DNA of 64,000 nt, taken from an uncultured Dehalococcoidia bacterium. GTDB taxonomy: Bacteria; Chloroflexota; Dehalococcoidia; SZUA-161. The first letter of the stretch is position 1. Each line of letters starts with the position of its first letter. The position numbers and the translations under genes are program-made. The stretch covers positions 6,221-70,220 of the forward strand of contig CAZGDV010000001.1 of NCBI GenBank assembly GCA_964524995.1, written 5' to 3'. Positions 20,001 through 28,182 of this stretch are shown piece after piece. Under the pieces are notes generated by a model. The model saw only the letters and a program-made list of their open reading frames with translations, ran no database searches and was not told the DNA's origin.

Positions 20001-21264
20001 GCTTCGAGTCCTGGCCGCCTATCTCTATGATATCGGCATTGGGGTCTACTTCGGCCGCCGCCCTCGTCTGTGCTGTGATCTCATTCCTGATGACATCCGC
20101 GCCGATGAAGCTGCCAACGAGATACCTGCCCGAACCGGTTACGCCGACACCAGCTATCTTGGGCTTATCCCCGACATCCTCCAGGAGATTGCGGAATACT
20201 TCCTTGATCGCTTCGACCGGCCTACCTGCCGTCATCAGGTAGTTCTTGGCCATCACCGTCTTGCCGCTCTCATCCAGAATCACGGCCTTGGTACTGGTCG
20301 ACCCGATGTCCACGCCCAGGTAGCCTACGAACGGCCCCTCCAGTTCAGGACGACTCCAGAAGTCCCGCTGCTCAACCCGCTCCAGCCTCGGCATCTTGAA
20401 ATAGCGCTGCCTGCTGTCCTCATACGGCAGTACCTTCACCTTCGATTGACGCCCTGACCCGGCGGCAAGCTGCGCACAGCCTATGGCCTCGGTGTACAGG
20501 AAATCCTCCGGCACGACGGCATGAACCGGATGCCCGTTCCGAGATGAGAGGGCCTCGTCCAGGGCTCTCGACATGGCGGCGTTCGCAGCAACTCCACCCA
20601 CGAAATATACCGGCTCTTCGAAGGCACCCCTCTTGAGTGAAACGACCATCCGGGCGATGCTCTCGCTGAGCGCGTACAGCATGTCCGACATGGGTACGCC
20701 CTTCTGCTGCAGATGAATGAGATCGCTCTTGGCAAACACGCTGCAGCGAGCGGCTATGCGAGGCGGGTTCCCAGCGCATTCAAGTGCCAGTCGGGCGAAG
20801 TCGTCCAAGCTGACGCCAATACGGTAGGCCTGCTGTTCCAGGAAACGTCCCGTCCCCGCCGCACAAAGGGGGTTGGACACCACCTGCCAAGGCTTCCGGA
20901 GCCCGTCCTCCAGCGATATGACATACGAACTCTGCCCGCCAATCTGGATTATGCTCCTGGCATCCGCATGCTGCCTGAGCAGACCTGAGGCAATCGTGAG
21001 GGAGCTGCTGTACTCGGCCCAATCGAGCTCCTTAGGTATGACCCCGCTGCCGGAGCCCGACAAGCCGGCCGTGGATATGTCGTCCAACCGGCAGGTCTCG
21101 GACAACCTGCCGAGAATGGCAACGGTGGCGTCTCTGGGGCTCGACGTGATTCTCTCACTGTCGAGAATGAGGACGTCGCCGTCACCGAGGAGAGCAGCCT
21201 TGACCCATACCGACCCGATATCCAAGCCAAGGGAGTATCTCATATTGAGCCAATTGTAGCACAA
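17080..21264 (-). CDS. fusion protein: two BcrA/BadF/HgdC-type ATPase (activase) domains + HgdA/HgdB-like 2-hydroxyacyl-CoA-dehydratase-like domains; plasmalogen synthase PlsAR-like
   Basis: 1394 aa. N-terminal ASKHA ATPase repeats (LGLDIGSVWVKAAL.. and LGVDIGSTSTKAVILDE..), a central Cys cluster (CKKCDNNC..C), and a long C-terminal region of the 2-hydroxyglutaryl-CoA dehydratase D-component type. The natural start may be the in-frame MRYSLGLDIGS at 21243. Confidence 0.75.
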   Translation of the reverse strand: MCYNWLNMRYSLGLDIGSVWVKAALLGDGDVLILDSERITSSPRDATVAILGRLSETCRLDDISTAGLSGSGSGVIPKELDWAEYSSSLTIASGLLRQHADARSIIQIGGQSSYVISLEDGLRKPWQVVSNPLCAAGTGRFLEQQAYRIGVSLDDFARLALECAGNPPRIAARCSVFAKSDLIHLQQKGVPMSDMLYALSESIARMVVSLKRGAFEEPVYFVGGVAANAAMSRALDEALSSRNGHPVHAVVPEDFLYTEAIGCAQLAAGSGRQSKVKVLPYEDSRQRYFKMPRLERVEQRDFWSRPELEGPFVGYLGVDIGSTSTKAVILDESGKTVMAKNYLMTAGRPVEAIKEVFRNLLEDVGDKPKIAGVGVTGSGRYLVGSFIGADVIRNEITAQTRAAAEVDPNADIIEIGGQDSKLVIKRNGVVVDYQMNKACAAGTGSFIDELAEQLGVRVHDGEFARLAFDAPHTIDLGSRCAAFMGQSVASAQQEGVPLEVITASLSNSIAANYLSKVLGTRRLGESVILTGAVFYNDAVVSAFKAALEGKRVRVAEHKEVTGAIGVALLAKEEMAGQPSSFKGFQRVIDSHHKLSTFICKKCDNNCTITRMEIPGESPTFYGSRCDLFDSTVGRERVSTPFDDREKLLFGGYESGAGGGPTVGIPRSLVVYDYAPMLLGFLNALGAKAVLSTRTNNQIIHQSVELSYTDSCFPIKLVHGHGESLKEHTDFILFPSVLRMGRQEGDEDQKYACPLVQASPFIVRQALGLGRKLVVPMIDFSHGDEDVIENLTRAAVRMGFSKRRGERAAFAALKAHRDFLEAEAELGRQTMAKLRESEQLGVVIFARSYMSQDSGANLGIAEKLAQLGVTPIPLDFLPLSTVNVRDYSDRPYWFNEAKQIAAAAIVAKDPQLFGLVVTNFGCGPNSFVLNIVEDIMGDKPLGQLEIDEHAAEAGIVTRLEAFVDTIKQYAGSDRIVESGVDGRDIRRYAYTRFNESQRVLLPRMCEHADVLAAAMQAYGVDAQVLPEPDYRNLLYANRVTSGKECLPYRVTLGGFMRYLYDDNGGETPKAVEGFLAAAFGPCRFGKYAVEQIRILRGLGFDFPIRTTVSNNGYHDWNLGSGFERLAWRAIVGVDYLERLLWRSRPYEKEEGAAERVFREYLARVTEVTSKRQSIDPVLRDASQKLTSLIDPTEPRRPIVGINGEIFLRSNRFSNNDLVRDCEKAGLEVVVSPMSEWFKYVTHRNIEDGVRDRDLKRVLKGYLRKAFLKWDEHRVASLFNGYVDGKEPSTRDLLSMSGRYLSPKCGSEAVLSIGAGLEWLEDPAFAGVISVMPHGCMPGGIVAAIAEQLAAMYGKPWISLTYDGILESNNQAKIANFAEIIKFTSRDAGRRLHAVA

Positions 21265-22059
21265 GGCAATGTCATAGTGAAGCCCATCACGGACATCTTA
21301 ATAGCGGTAAATGCAGGTTGTCACCACTTATCGGCGCTGAGTAAGACTTGGTGGATAATCGAAGCAGCAGGAGGAGAAAACGACTCGAATGTAACCGATA
21401 CCGCTGAGGATTCATGCCCCGAGGGGGCTCGCAGCTAGCCTCCACCCACATACGTCGGCACGGGTGGATCGGACTCGCCGGCGGTCACCACGCCCACGAG
21501 ACCACCTATCAACGAGGCGAGCAGGATGCAGATGAACAGCGCCCTTACCAAGACGTACATCTTCCCTTCAAGCACTATTTATCCTCCCATGTCTTCATAG
21601 CTGATAAATGAGTTCATCGTCATCGGCCTCTGTCAATGAAGTCCCGGGGTCAGCCCTGAGGGCCCTCGAGATCCGGCTGGATATCGACCTGGGGAGGGGC
21701 AGTCTCCTCGCTCATATGGTGCTCACACATGGCGACAAGGCAGCACAAAGCAGCAAGGCGACAGTCAACGCTGCAATATTCGCTGTACCACCTCCTGATC
21801 TCACCGAGACATCCCGGAATGCTTATCTCTCTCGACATCAGGAGCACCCCCAGCAAATCACTTTCTCTACTGTATCCTTGCCGGACTCACGGACTTGACG
21901 AAAGACCACATCTGAAGCGAACCTTGCCGGACAGTCCACCAGACCCTCAAGACGGCGGACTGTCAGTTTCTAACACGTTTCGCGCGTTTTGTCAATACCC
22001 TGAGAAAAAATAAAACGGTGGACGGCGCGGACTGCCTCCACGCCTTCCGCTCCGTCCGG

Positions 22060-22088
22060 TTGACAGTCGCCGCAGTCGATGGTATAAG
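22060..22088 (+). promoter_or_regulatory. near-consensus sigma70-like promoter (TTGACA-17-TATAAG)
   Basis: TTGACA 22060-22065, 17-nt spacer, TATAAG 22083-22088, inside an otherwise gene-poor 1.3 kb spacer; oriented toward the small membrane-protein ORF at 22242. Confidence 0.35.
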
Positions 22089-22241
22089 AGCATCAATAAC
22101 GCCCCGCCCGCCACACATCGAGCCGACCACGATGGCGTTCCTAAGTATGCCGCGCCTACCTGCAGAGCAACCGGTGCAGATGCTCAGAAAGGGGGATGCC
22201 GTATGTTCCGATTTATTGCGATCACGAGGAAGAGATCGCGC

Positions 22242-22445
22242 ATGGCGCGAAGACGGGCGGCGTCCAGAGGAATTTTAGGCCGAACCGGCTTCTTCGCCTT
22301 CGCCGGACTGGCTGTTGCGGCGCTCTTCGGACCTCAGGTAGCACTCGCCCCAATAGTCCTACCATTGGCGATGCTGGCCGCGGCGTTCGCTGTCATATGT
22401 GTGGCGTTTGTCATCACGATACCGATCGCCTTCGGCCTCTGGTAG
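22242..22445 (+). CDS. small (67 aa) two-helix membrane protein, hypothetical
   Basis: ATG at 22242 preceded by GAGGAAGAG 7 nt upstream; MARRRAASRGILGRTGFFAFAGLAVAALFGPQVALAPIVLPLAMLAAAFAVICVAFVITIPIAFGLW = basic N-terminus plus two hydrophobic helices; no homology assignable. Confidence 0.3.
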   Translation: MARRRAASRGILGRTGFFAFAGLAVAALFGPQVALAPIVLPLAMLAAAFAVICVAFVITIPIAFGLW

Positions 22446-22592
22446 TACGCGCCTCGTCGGCTCACGATACTGCAGCCATATTGTCGGGAGAAGGCCAGGA
22501 GCCAGACACAGCAAGTCAATTAGCATGACAAGGGGGCAGACTCCAAGAGTAGAGCCTGCCCCCTCCAACTACCCCAAGCCAACTATACGAGC

Positions 22593-23009
22593 CTACGGAC
22601 TCCGCTTGCTTACGCGAGCGATCGCGGGCCTGAATTCCTCCTTGACGATCTCCATGGCCTCATCGGTCGTGAACCACCCGTATCGGTCGTTCTCCCAGTC
22701 CAGCACGACATTGTCATCCCGACCCAGGTAAGTTGCCGCGTAGCAGCCTACCACCTTGGCCTTGGACTTATACGTGATCTCGCCAACATCGATTACGGAC
22801 TCATAGGCATCGGGTTTCAGGTGAAGCTCCTCAACCACGGCACGCCTGGCGGCGTCCAGCGGTGTCTCCCCTTCCTCGATCTCCTCCTTGGGAGGCATCC
22901 AGGGCGCATTCCGGTTGTGCCACCCCGAGGGATGAACAAGCAGCACCTTGCCCTCTCGATTGACCAGGAACATAGCGCCCGAACGCTTCAAACCCACCCC
23001 CTCATCCAT
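22593..23009 (-). CDS. NUDIX hydrolase
   Basis: 138 aa; Nudix box GETPLDAARRAVVEELHL (GX5EX7REUXEEXGU). Confidence 0.85.
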   Translation of the reverse strand: MDEGVGLKRSGAMFLVNREGKVLLVHPSGWHNRNAPWMPPKEEIEEGETPLDAARRAVVEELHLKPDAYESVIDVGEITYKSKAKVVGCYAATYLGRDDNVVLDWENDRYGWFTTDEAMEIVKEEFRPAIARVSKRSP

Positions 23010-23216
23010 GGCAGAACGAGCACACCAAGCAGGATTATGTGATCAGGCGCTGCCCCTGTCAACGCCGGTCGTATCCAGGCACGCCGCCCCGGAGAAGCTA
23101 CGCACCGCGGGGGCAAGGGAGCGAAGGCGATTGCCGAGCTGCAGGAGCAACGCGTATAATGCCGCTGTCGGTTCCTCGATACTGTCCCGGATTCCTGTGC
23201 AACAAGGAGCGAAGCC

Positions 23217-23453
23217 TTGGCCTCCGGTGAACCGCTTTCCGGCGACGAGATCATGAACATCATCGCGGACCCCGACCTCTCGGAGGACGCCAAGAGACGT
23301 ATGCTCGCTGACCCCCCGAGCCACGCTGACCTTCTCAGTGCCGGGGCTGAGATGGACACGCCGCATTCACTCGAGACCACACAGCTGCTCATCCTGCGAA
23401 AGCTGGACGAGATACTGGAGCTGCTGAAGGAGATGCGCAAGCAGCGCGGCTAG
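23217..23453 (+). CDS. small hypothetical protein (78 aa)
   Basis: TTG start with AAGGAG RBS 7 nt upstream; ends 8 nt before the SMP-30 gene (likely co-transcribed); no recognisable domain. Confidence 0.4.
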   Translation: MASGEPLSGDEIMNIIADPDLSEDAKRRMLADPPSHADLLSAGAEMDTPHSLETTQLLILRKLDEILELLKEMRKQRG

Positions 23454-23461
23454 GTAGTAAT

Positions 23462-24307
23462 ATGGCGCAGCGAACGCAAGTCCTCAAGGACGGCCTCGTC
23501 TTCCCCGAGTGCCCGCGCTGGCATCAGGACAGGCTGTGGTTCTCGAATATACACGCGCACCGCGTCATGAGCATAGACATGCTGGGCAACAGCGAGACCA
23601 TCGTCGAGGTGCCGACCCAACCCACCGGTCTGGGCTGGCTTCCTGACGACAGGCTGCTCCTGGTATCCGCTACGGATCGCCGGCTGCTGCGCCTCGAACC
23701 CGATGGCCTTGTGGAGCATGCCGACCTGTGGGAACTGGCATCGTCACACTGCAATGACATGGTCGTGGACCGTCTCGGGAGAGCCTACGTGGGCAACTTC
23801 GGTTTCGACTTCCTCAGCAATGAGCCCTTCGCACCGGGTGAAATCGTACTCGTGAACCCGGATGGCGCCGCCCGCGTGGCGGCCGAGGGCCTTGCGTTCC
23901 CGAACGGCAGCGTAATCACGCCGGACGGGCGGATGCTCGTAGTAGCGGAGACGCTCGCCTCCCGGCTCACCGCCTATGATATCGAACCGGACGGCTCGCT
24001 GTCGGGGCGACGCGTCTGGGCTGAGGTGGATGAACTGATGCCGGACGGCATCTGTCTGGATGCCGAGGGCGCGATCTGGATTGCCTCGCCCCTCGGGGGT
24101 GAGGTGCTGCGTGTTCGTGAGGGTGGGAAGATAGAGGAGACTGTGAAGGTCTCGACACAGGCCTACGCGTGTATGCTGGGGGGCCCGGACCGCCGCACGC
24201 TCTTCGTACTCACGGCCGAGACGCTGGACCCGGACGAGGCAAGAGCGAAGAGGAGCGGACACATCGAGACGCTCCGTGTGGAGGTGCCGGGCGCTGGTCT
24301 CCCCTGA
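23462..24307 (+). CDS. SMP-30/gluconolactonase/LRE-family beta-propeller protein
   Basis: 281 aa; repeated propeller-blade segments (..GLGWLPDDRLLLVSATDRRLLRLEPDG.., ..PNGSVITPDGRMLVVAETLASRLTAYDIEPDGSL.., ..PDGICLDAEGAIWIAS..) characteristic of the SGL family. Confidence 0.8.
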   Translation: MAQRTQVLKDGLVFPECPRWHQDRLWFSNIHAHRVMSIDMLGNSETIVEVPTQPTGLGWLPDDRLLLVSATDRRLLRLEPDGLVEHADLWELASSHCNDMVVDRLGRAYVGNFGFDFLSNEPFAPGEIVLVNPDGAARVAAEGLAFPNGSVITPDGRMLVVAETLASRLTAYDIEPDGSLSGRRVWAEVDELMPDGICLDAEGAIWIASPLGGEVLRVREGGKIEETVKVSTQAYACMLGGPDRRTLFVLTAETLDPDEARAKRSGHIETLRVEVPGAGLP

Positions 24308-24326
24308 TCCCGTCCGCCCGGAATGC

Positions 24327-24956
24327 TTAGCACTTGGCGTGCCTGCGCCTCTTGATCACGAAGACGCCACCCAGGCCGAGCAAGGCAATCGAGAACAGCA
24401 CAATCGTGGCCGCTTCCGGCACGACCCTGAATCCCTCTTTTCCAAGGGCAACCGCGTCGAGTCCGTCACTCGCTGAATCGTAGATGCCGGCCCCGCCGCA
24501 GTCCTTGCCCACGTCATCAGCCACGATCTCCCAGTAGGTGTTCTGGTACCCTTCCGCGGGTATCTGCCACAGCTCTACAGGCCCGATGGTGCCAAGCACG
24601 CTCGACTTGACATGCCTCGGCGCTGCGCCGCTGGGATCAAGCGAAGGGTCGAGTATGTCGCCCTCGGCGACATGCGCTCCTTCCGAATAGGGCTGTATGT
24701 ACAGGTCGTAGCCCCAGCACGGCTTGAACCCGTATCCCACGACGGCCACGGTGTCTCCGGGCTCGAATTCGTCGACCTCGATCACCAGGCTATCCCTGAT
24801 GCCGAGTATCGATATCAGCTGCCGTTCGCAACACTGTTGCGAGAGGTCTCCGTCGCCCTGATCGTCACCCGACGACGCCCAGGCGATACCCGACACCCCG
24901 AGCATCATGCCGGCAACTAACATAACGACCAGCGAGATCAGAGCTATCTTCTTCAT
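24327..24956 (-). CDS. secreted Cys-containing protein with PEP-CTERM-like C-terminal anchor (VPEA + TM helix + KRRRH)
   Basis: 209 aa; N-terminal signal peptide MKKIALISLVVMLVAGMMLGVSGIAWA; C-terminus ..VVPEAATIVLFSIALLGLGGVFVIKRRRHAKC resembles exosortase/archaeosortase sorting signals; lies in the lower-GC island. Confidence 0.55.
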   Translation of the reverse strand: MKKIALISLVVMLVAGMMLGVSGIAWASSGDDQGDGDLSQQCCERQLISILGIRDSLVIEVDEFEPGDTVAVVGYGFKPCWGYDLYIQPYSEGAHVAEGDILDPSLDPSGAAPRHVKSSVLGTIGPVELWQIPAEGYQNTYWEIVADDVGKDCGGAGIYDSASDGLDAVALGKEGFRVVPEAATIVLFSIALLGLGGVFVIKRRRHAKC

Positions 24957-25200
24957 CGTATTCCACCTCCGTGAGGCGTTCCAGTTTCTTGTCGTCCGCG
25001 ATTATACTCCGAAAAGTATAGTCCTGCAAGAGCGTTATGTCGCGTATTTCTATCCAGCTTCTCGACACCACTCGCTTGCGCATATCCCGCTGCGGACGCA
25101 CGCGCGAGGTCCACATGACCACGCAGACCGCTACGGTGTGTTGAGGGGCTTGAGCAAGTTGGCTCCGCCATAATGCTCGGTGCCGAACGGCCGTGTAGAC

Positions 25201-26055
25201 TCAGATCACCCCGCGTCGTATGTACTCGCAGTTAGGTCCGGGCAGGGTGGGCACAGCGAGCCAGTATTCGAGTTCCGCCCTCAGGTCTTGTAGCGTGCGC
25301 GCTAGGTTCTCGTATTCATTTGCGTGATCTTGGTGATGATCTAGGATTGGGGCAGTCCTGCCACTTTCCATGTCTCTTCGGAGAGCTTCGACTCCATCAG
25401 CGAGCCGGCCCAGTGCCGCACGGCATGGAACCTCGTCGGGCCCCACGACGAGGTTCAAGTATCCTCCGCCCGGTTGTCGCCGCAGGAGCACCTCCCCATT
25501 CCACGAGATTCTTGCGGAGTCATACAGTACCATGAACCGATGCACGCCGGACACCGCTCCACTCAGCTCCTCGTATAGCAGCCTGACCGATGCGGGCAGC
25601 AACGCCTCGACGTCAGTAGGCCGGACACTAGTGGGGCATTCATACACTCCCAGACCACTCAGACGCACGGCCAAGTCCAGCGTCTCCTGCGTGAGTGCGC
25701 GCTTGTGGGTCCAGTACTCGACGACCTGCTTGAGGTAGTCCTCATACCTCAGCATCGCTTCAGGTATGTGGCATTTGAGGTCTCGGAACAGCGTATGCGA
25801 TTCGCACTTGTACGGTTCCAGCCTGACCTGGGGCACCGTCGTCACCCATCCATCGACCTCTGAAATCGTGTAAGGCACCGATGGATGGTCGGGAAGGCAC
25901 AACTCCTTGAGGCATGACCGTATGGCCTGCTTGACTTCACCCCAGTGGACGCTCTCAGCCTCTCTCAAGCGCGGTCTATCTCGGTGAGTGCGGTAGGTGG
26001 CGTACAAGGAGGCCAAGAGGGCAAGAGAAGACAACACGATTGCTGCAACAGCCAT
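25201..26055 (-). CDS. hypothetical N-terminally membrane-anchored protein
   Basis: 284 aa; single N-terminal TM helix (MAVAAIVLSSLALLASLYATY) then soluble domain with no recognisable motif; in the island between the Abi-like gene and the PEP-CTERM-like gene. Confidence 0.45.
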   Translation of the reverse strand: MAVAAIVLSSLALLASLYATYRTHRDRPRLREAESVHWGEVKQAIRSCLKELCLPDHPSVPYTISEVDGWVTTVPQVRLEPYKCESHTLFRDLKCHIPEAMLRYEDYLKQVVEYWTHKRALTQETLDLAVRLSGLGVYECPTSVRPTDVEALLPASVRLLYEELSGAVSGVHRFMVLYDSARISWNGEVLLRRQPGGGYLNLVVGPDEVPCRAALGRLADGVEALRRDMESGRTAPILDHHQDHANEYENLARTLQDLRAELEYWLAVPTLPGPNCEYIRRGVI

Positions 26056-26196
26056 ATTACCTTGTCAAGTGCGGCAGACGTCACTGCCCAATGTGCGACC
26101 ATGGGCCCGTAGCCACGATCGTGTCAGCACTACCTTCGATCGATTGGACAGCGTTGCCAGTGTACTTCTCATTTATCCGAATTGGCCCTCAGTGGC

Positions 26197-26937
26197 CTAA
26201 GCTTCCGAGGAACCGATGCGCCCATTCGACCCTTGCGTGCTCTCAAGCTTCGATTGCTCGTCTCGATGGAGCTTCTCTCCTATCGCGTCGATGATGTACT
26301 GCATTCCGATTTGGAGCGGCAAGCCCTTGCTATGCGACGTTCCATTATAGGCGAGGGAGTACCTGTCCAAGACTTCATCTATGACCTCGATGATGCAGTC
26401 AAGCTCGGCCACCTTGACAGGGTACTGCTTGGCAACTTCGATTCCGCTCAGCACGTGGTCTATGTCGACATGGGCTAGTGCCTTGTTTCTCCACACCCTC
26501 AAGTTCTTCGCAGGCAGTCTCGCAAGCAGCTGCCTATCCTTGGCAACGCTTCGCAAAGTCACCCGCATAGGGACTCGTGGCGTGCCACCATTCCGATAGG
26601 CAGGATGCTGGCGCATTCGCCTCTGGAAGGCTCGGCTCTGAAACGCGGGGCGGTTCTCGTCGACGAAGTCGAGTAACCACCACATACTTAAGTCCTTCTT
26701 CCCCTTGGACAACAACCTCGTCAGCCGCATAACTGCCTGAAGGAAGTGTCCATACCATGTCAACTCAAAGAAGGCAGGTGCCGTGTTCAATTCGTGTGCG
26801 TGGGAAGCTCTCGCACTATGCAGGAACTTGCATATGGACCAATGCCAGTAGGCGTTGTTGAGTTCCTCTCTCAGGTGGTCATGGCACTTGACGAACTTGG
26901 CTTCTTCAGCCGTAGGCTCGTAGTCATGTTCAACCAT
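26197..26937 (-). CDS. Abi_2 (AbiD/AbiF-like) / HEPN-motif protein, putative abortive-infection effector
   Basis: 246 aa; Trp/Lys-rich; contains RNKALAH (R-x5-H HEPN-type motif of the RNxxAH kind found in Abi_2 proteins); located in the lower-GC island next to mazEF. Confidence 0.5.
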   Translation of the reverse strand: MVEHDYEPTAEEAKFVKCHDHLREELNNAYWHWSICKFLHSARASHAHELNTAPAFFELTWYGHFLQAVMRLTRLLSKGKKDLSMWWLLDFVDENRPAFQSRAFQRRMRQHPAYRNGGTPRVPMRVTLRSVAKDRQLLARLPAKNLRVWRNKALAHVDIDHVLSGIEVAKQYPVKVAELDCIIEVIDEVLDRYSLAYNGTSHSKGLPLQIGMQYIIDAIGEKLHRDEQSKLESTQGSNGRIGSSEA

Positions 26938-27196
26938 TTGCCGTTCTCACCACAATCAATGCATCATCCCAACGACGTTCTGACGTTGCGGTCCTGCCCG
27001 AAGCCCATCAAGCTCCCCCAGCGCGGGACAATCGTATGCTAGTGGCTGGCGGCAGTGGTGTCAAGCCGTGCTCAGAGTCGTGGACGCCCCCTCCGCCCCG
27101 CGATGATGCGCTCGACGGCGCATGGGGGGCTGAGGGGGCTTGACAGACACCCTCCAGAGTAGTATCTTCATTGTAGATACAATACGGAGGCTAAAT

Positions 27197-27439
27197 ATGA
27201 GAACCAGGGTCCAGAAATGGGGCAACAGCCTGGCTTTGCGCATACCTAAGTCCTTCGCCAACGAAGTGGGGCTTCAAAGGGAAACATCTGTCGAGGTCTC
27301 GCTAGATGACGGGAAGCTTGTCATCACTCCGGTGTCAGAACCAAAGCTGACTCTGGAACAACTCCTGGCAGAGGTTACCGAAGACAATCTGCATCACGAA
27401 GTCGATACCGGCACCGCCGTAGGAAATGAAGCATGGTAA
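27197..27439 (+). CDS. mazE: MazE/PemI (AbrB/SpoVT-fold) antitoxin
   Basis: ATG at 27197 with GGAGG RBS; MRTRVQKWGNSLALRIPKSFANEVGL is the classic MazE/PemI swapped-hairpin N-terminus; the track's longer 27140 start is rejected. Confidence 0.8.
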   Translation: MRTRVQKWGNSLALRIPKSFANEVGLQRETSVEVSLDDGKLVITPVSEPKLTLEQLLAEVTEDNLHHEVDTGTAVGNEAW

Positions 27440-27780
27440 GTCCGCGCGCTTACGTTCCCCAGCGTGGGGATGTGGTTTGGATTACGCTGAATCCACAGGC
27501 GGGGCACGAGCAAGCCGGACGCCGCCCGGCTGTGGTGCTTTCACCAACAAGCTATAACGGCAAGACCGGACTTGCTATCCTTTGCCCGATAACCAGCCAG
27601 GTCAAGGGCTACCCGTTCGAGGTGCTCCTTCCCGAGGGGTTGCCGGTGAACGGGGCAATCCTCTCAGACCAGGTCAAGAGCTTAGACTGGGGCGCGCGAA
27701 AGTCAGAGTTGACATGCAAGTTACCGGATGAAGTCATGTCCGAGGTGCTTGAAAAGCTGGGTACGCTGCTATCGCAATGA
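27433..27780 (+). CDS. mazF: MazF/PemK-family endoribonuclease toxin
   Basis: 115 aa; PQRGDVVWITLNPQAGHEQAGRRPAVVLS...LAILCPITSQVKGYPFEV matches the PemK/MazF fold; 7-nt overlap with mazE. Confidence 0.85.
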   Translation: MVSPRAYVPQRGDVVWITLNPQAGHEQAGRRPAVVLSPTSYNGKTGLAILCPITSQVKGYPFEVLLPEGLPVNGAILSDQVKSLDWGARKSELTCKLPDEVMSEVLEKLGTLLSQ

Positions 27781-27968
27781 AGAAGAACTCAGCTTACCTT
27801 GCTTCCTGCGATTGAAGAAGTAGAGTCCGAAGCTGATCCTGTCCCCGACGCCTTCCCCGTCCCCGCCCTCCACGCCCCGACGACGCATTTGACGGCGAAA
27901 TGGGGAAGCGGCGAGAGCCGATTTTCGGTATAGGCCCGTGGTCTAGACGAAGCTAAGGCGCGGGAAAT

Positions 27969-27993
27969 CCCGTGGTCAAGAGCCACTTTTTTG
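27969..27993 (+). terminator. candidate intrinsic terminator after mazEF
   Basis: GTGGTC-AAGA-GCCAC imperfect hairpin at 27973-27986 followed by TTTTTT (27987-27992). Confidence 0.35.
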
Positions 27994-28034
27994 CGGTCAT
28001 CACGCCGTCAAAATCCCCGAAATAGATTCAAAAG

Positions 28035-28106
28035 TGGCAGCGGGAGGATTCGAACCTCCAACCCCGGGCTTATGAGTCCCATGCTCTGCCTTTGAGCTAC
28101 GCTGCC
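28035..28106 (-). tRNA. tRNA-Met (anticodon CAT; could alternatively be tRNA-Ile2/lysidine type), no encoded CCA
   Basis: Reverse strand folds as acceptor GGCAGCG/CGCUGCC, D-arm GCUC..GAGC, anticodon loop CUCAUAA, T-arm GGAGG-UUCGAAU-CCUCC, discriminator A. G1-C72 rules out a bacterial initiator. Confidence 0.8.
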
Positions 28107-28182
28107 AAGCCAGTTTAGAGGTTATCACCGGCCCGAGCTTCAGTCAAGACCGGCGGTACCGGGTAGAGAGTGTCCGGGCACC

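Noticed and set aside
27901-27968. tRNA-like fragment (GGCCCGTGGTCTAGACG...) between mazF and the tRNA-Met gene
   Set aside because: It resembles a tRNA 5' half (possible remnant of a duplicated attachment site), but I could not fold it into a full cloverleaf or find the matching 3' half.
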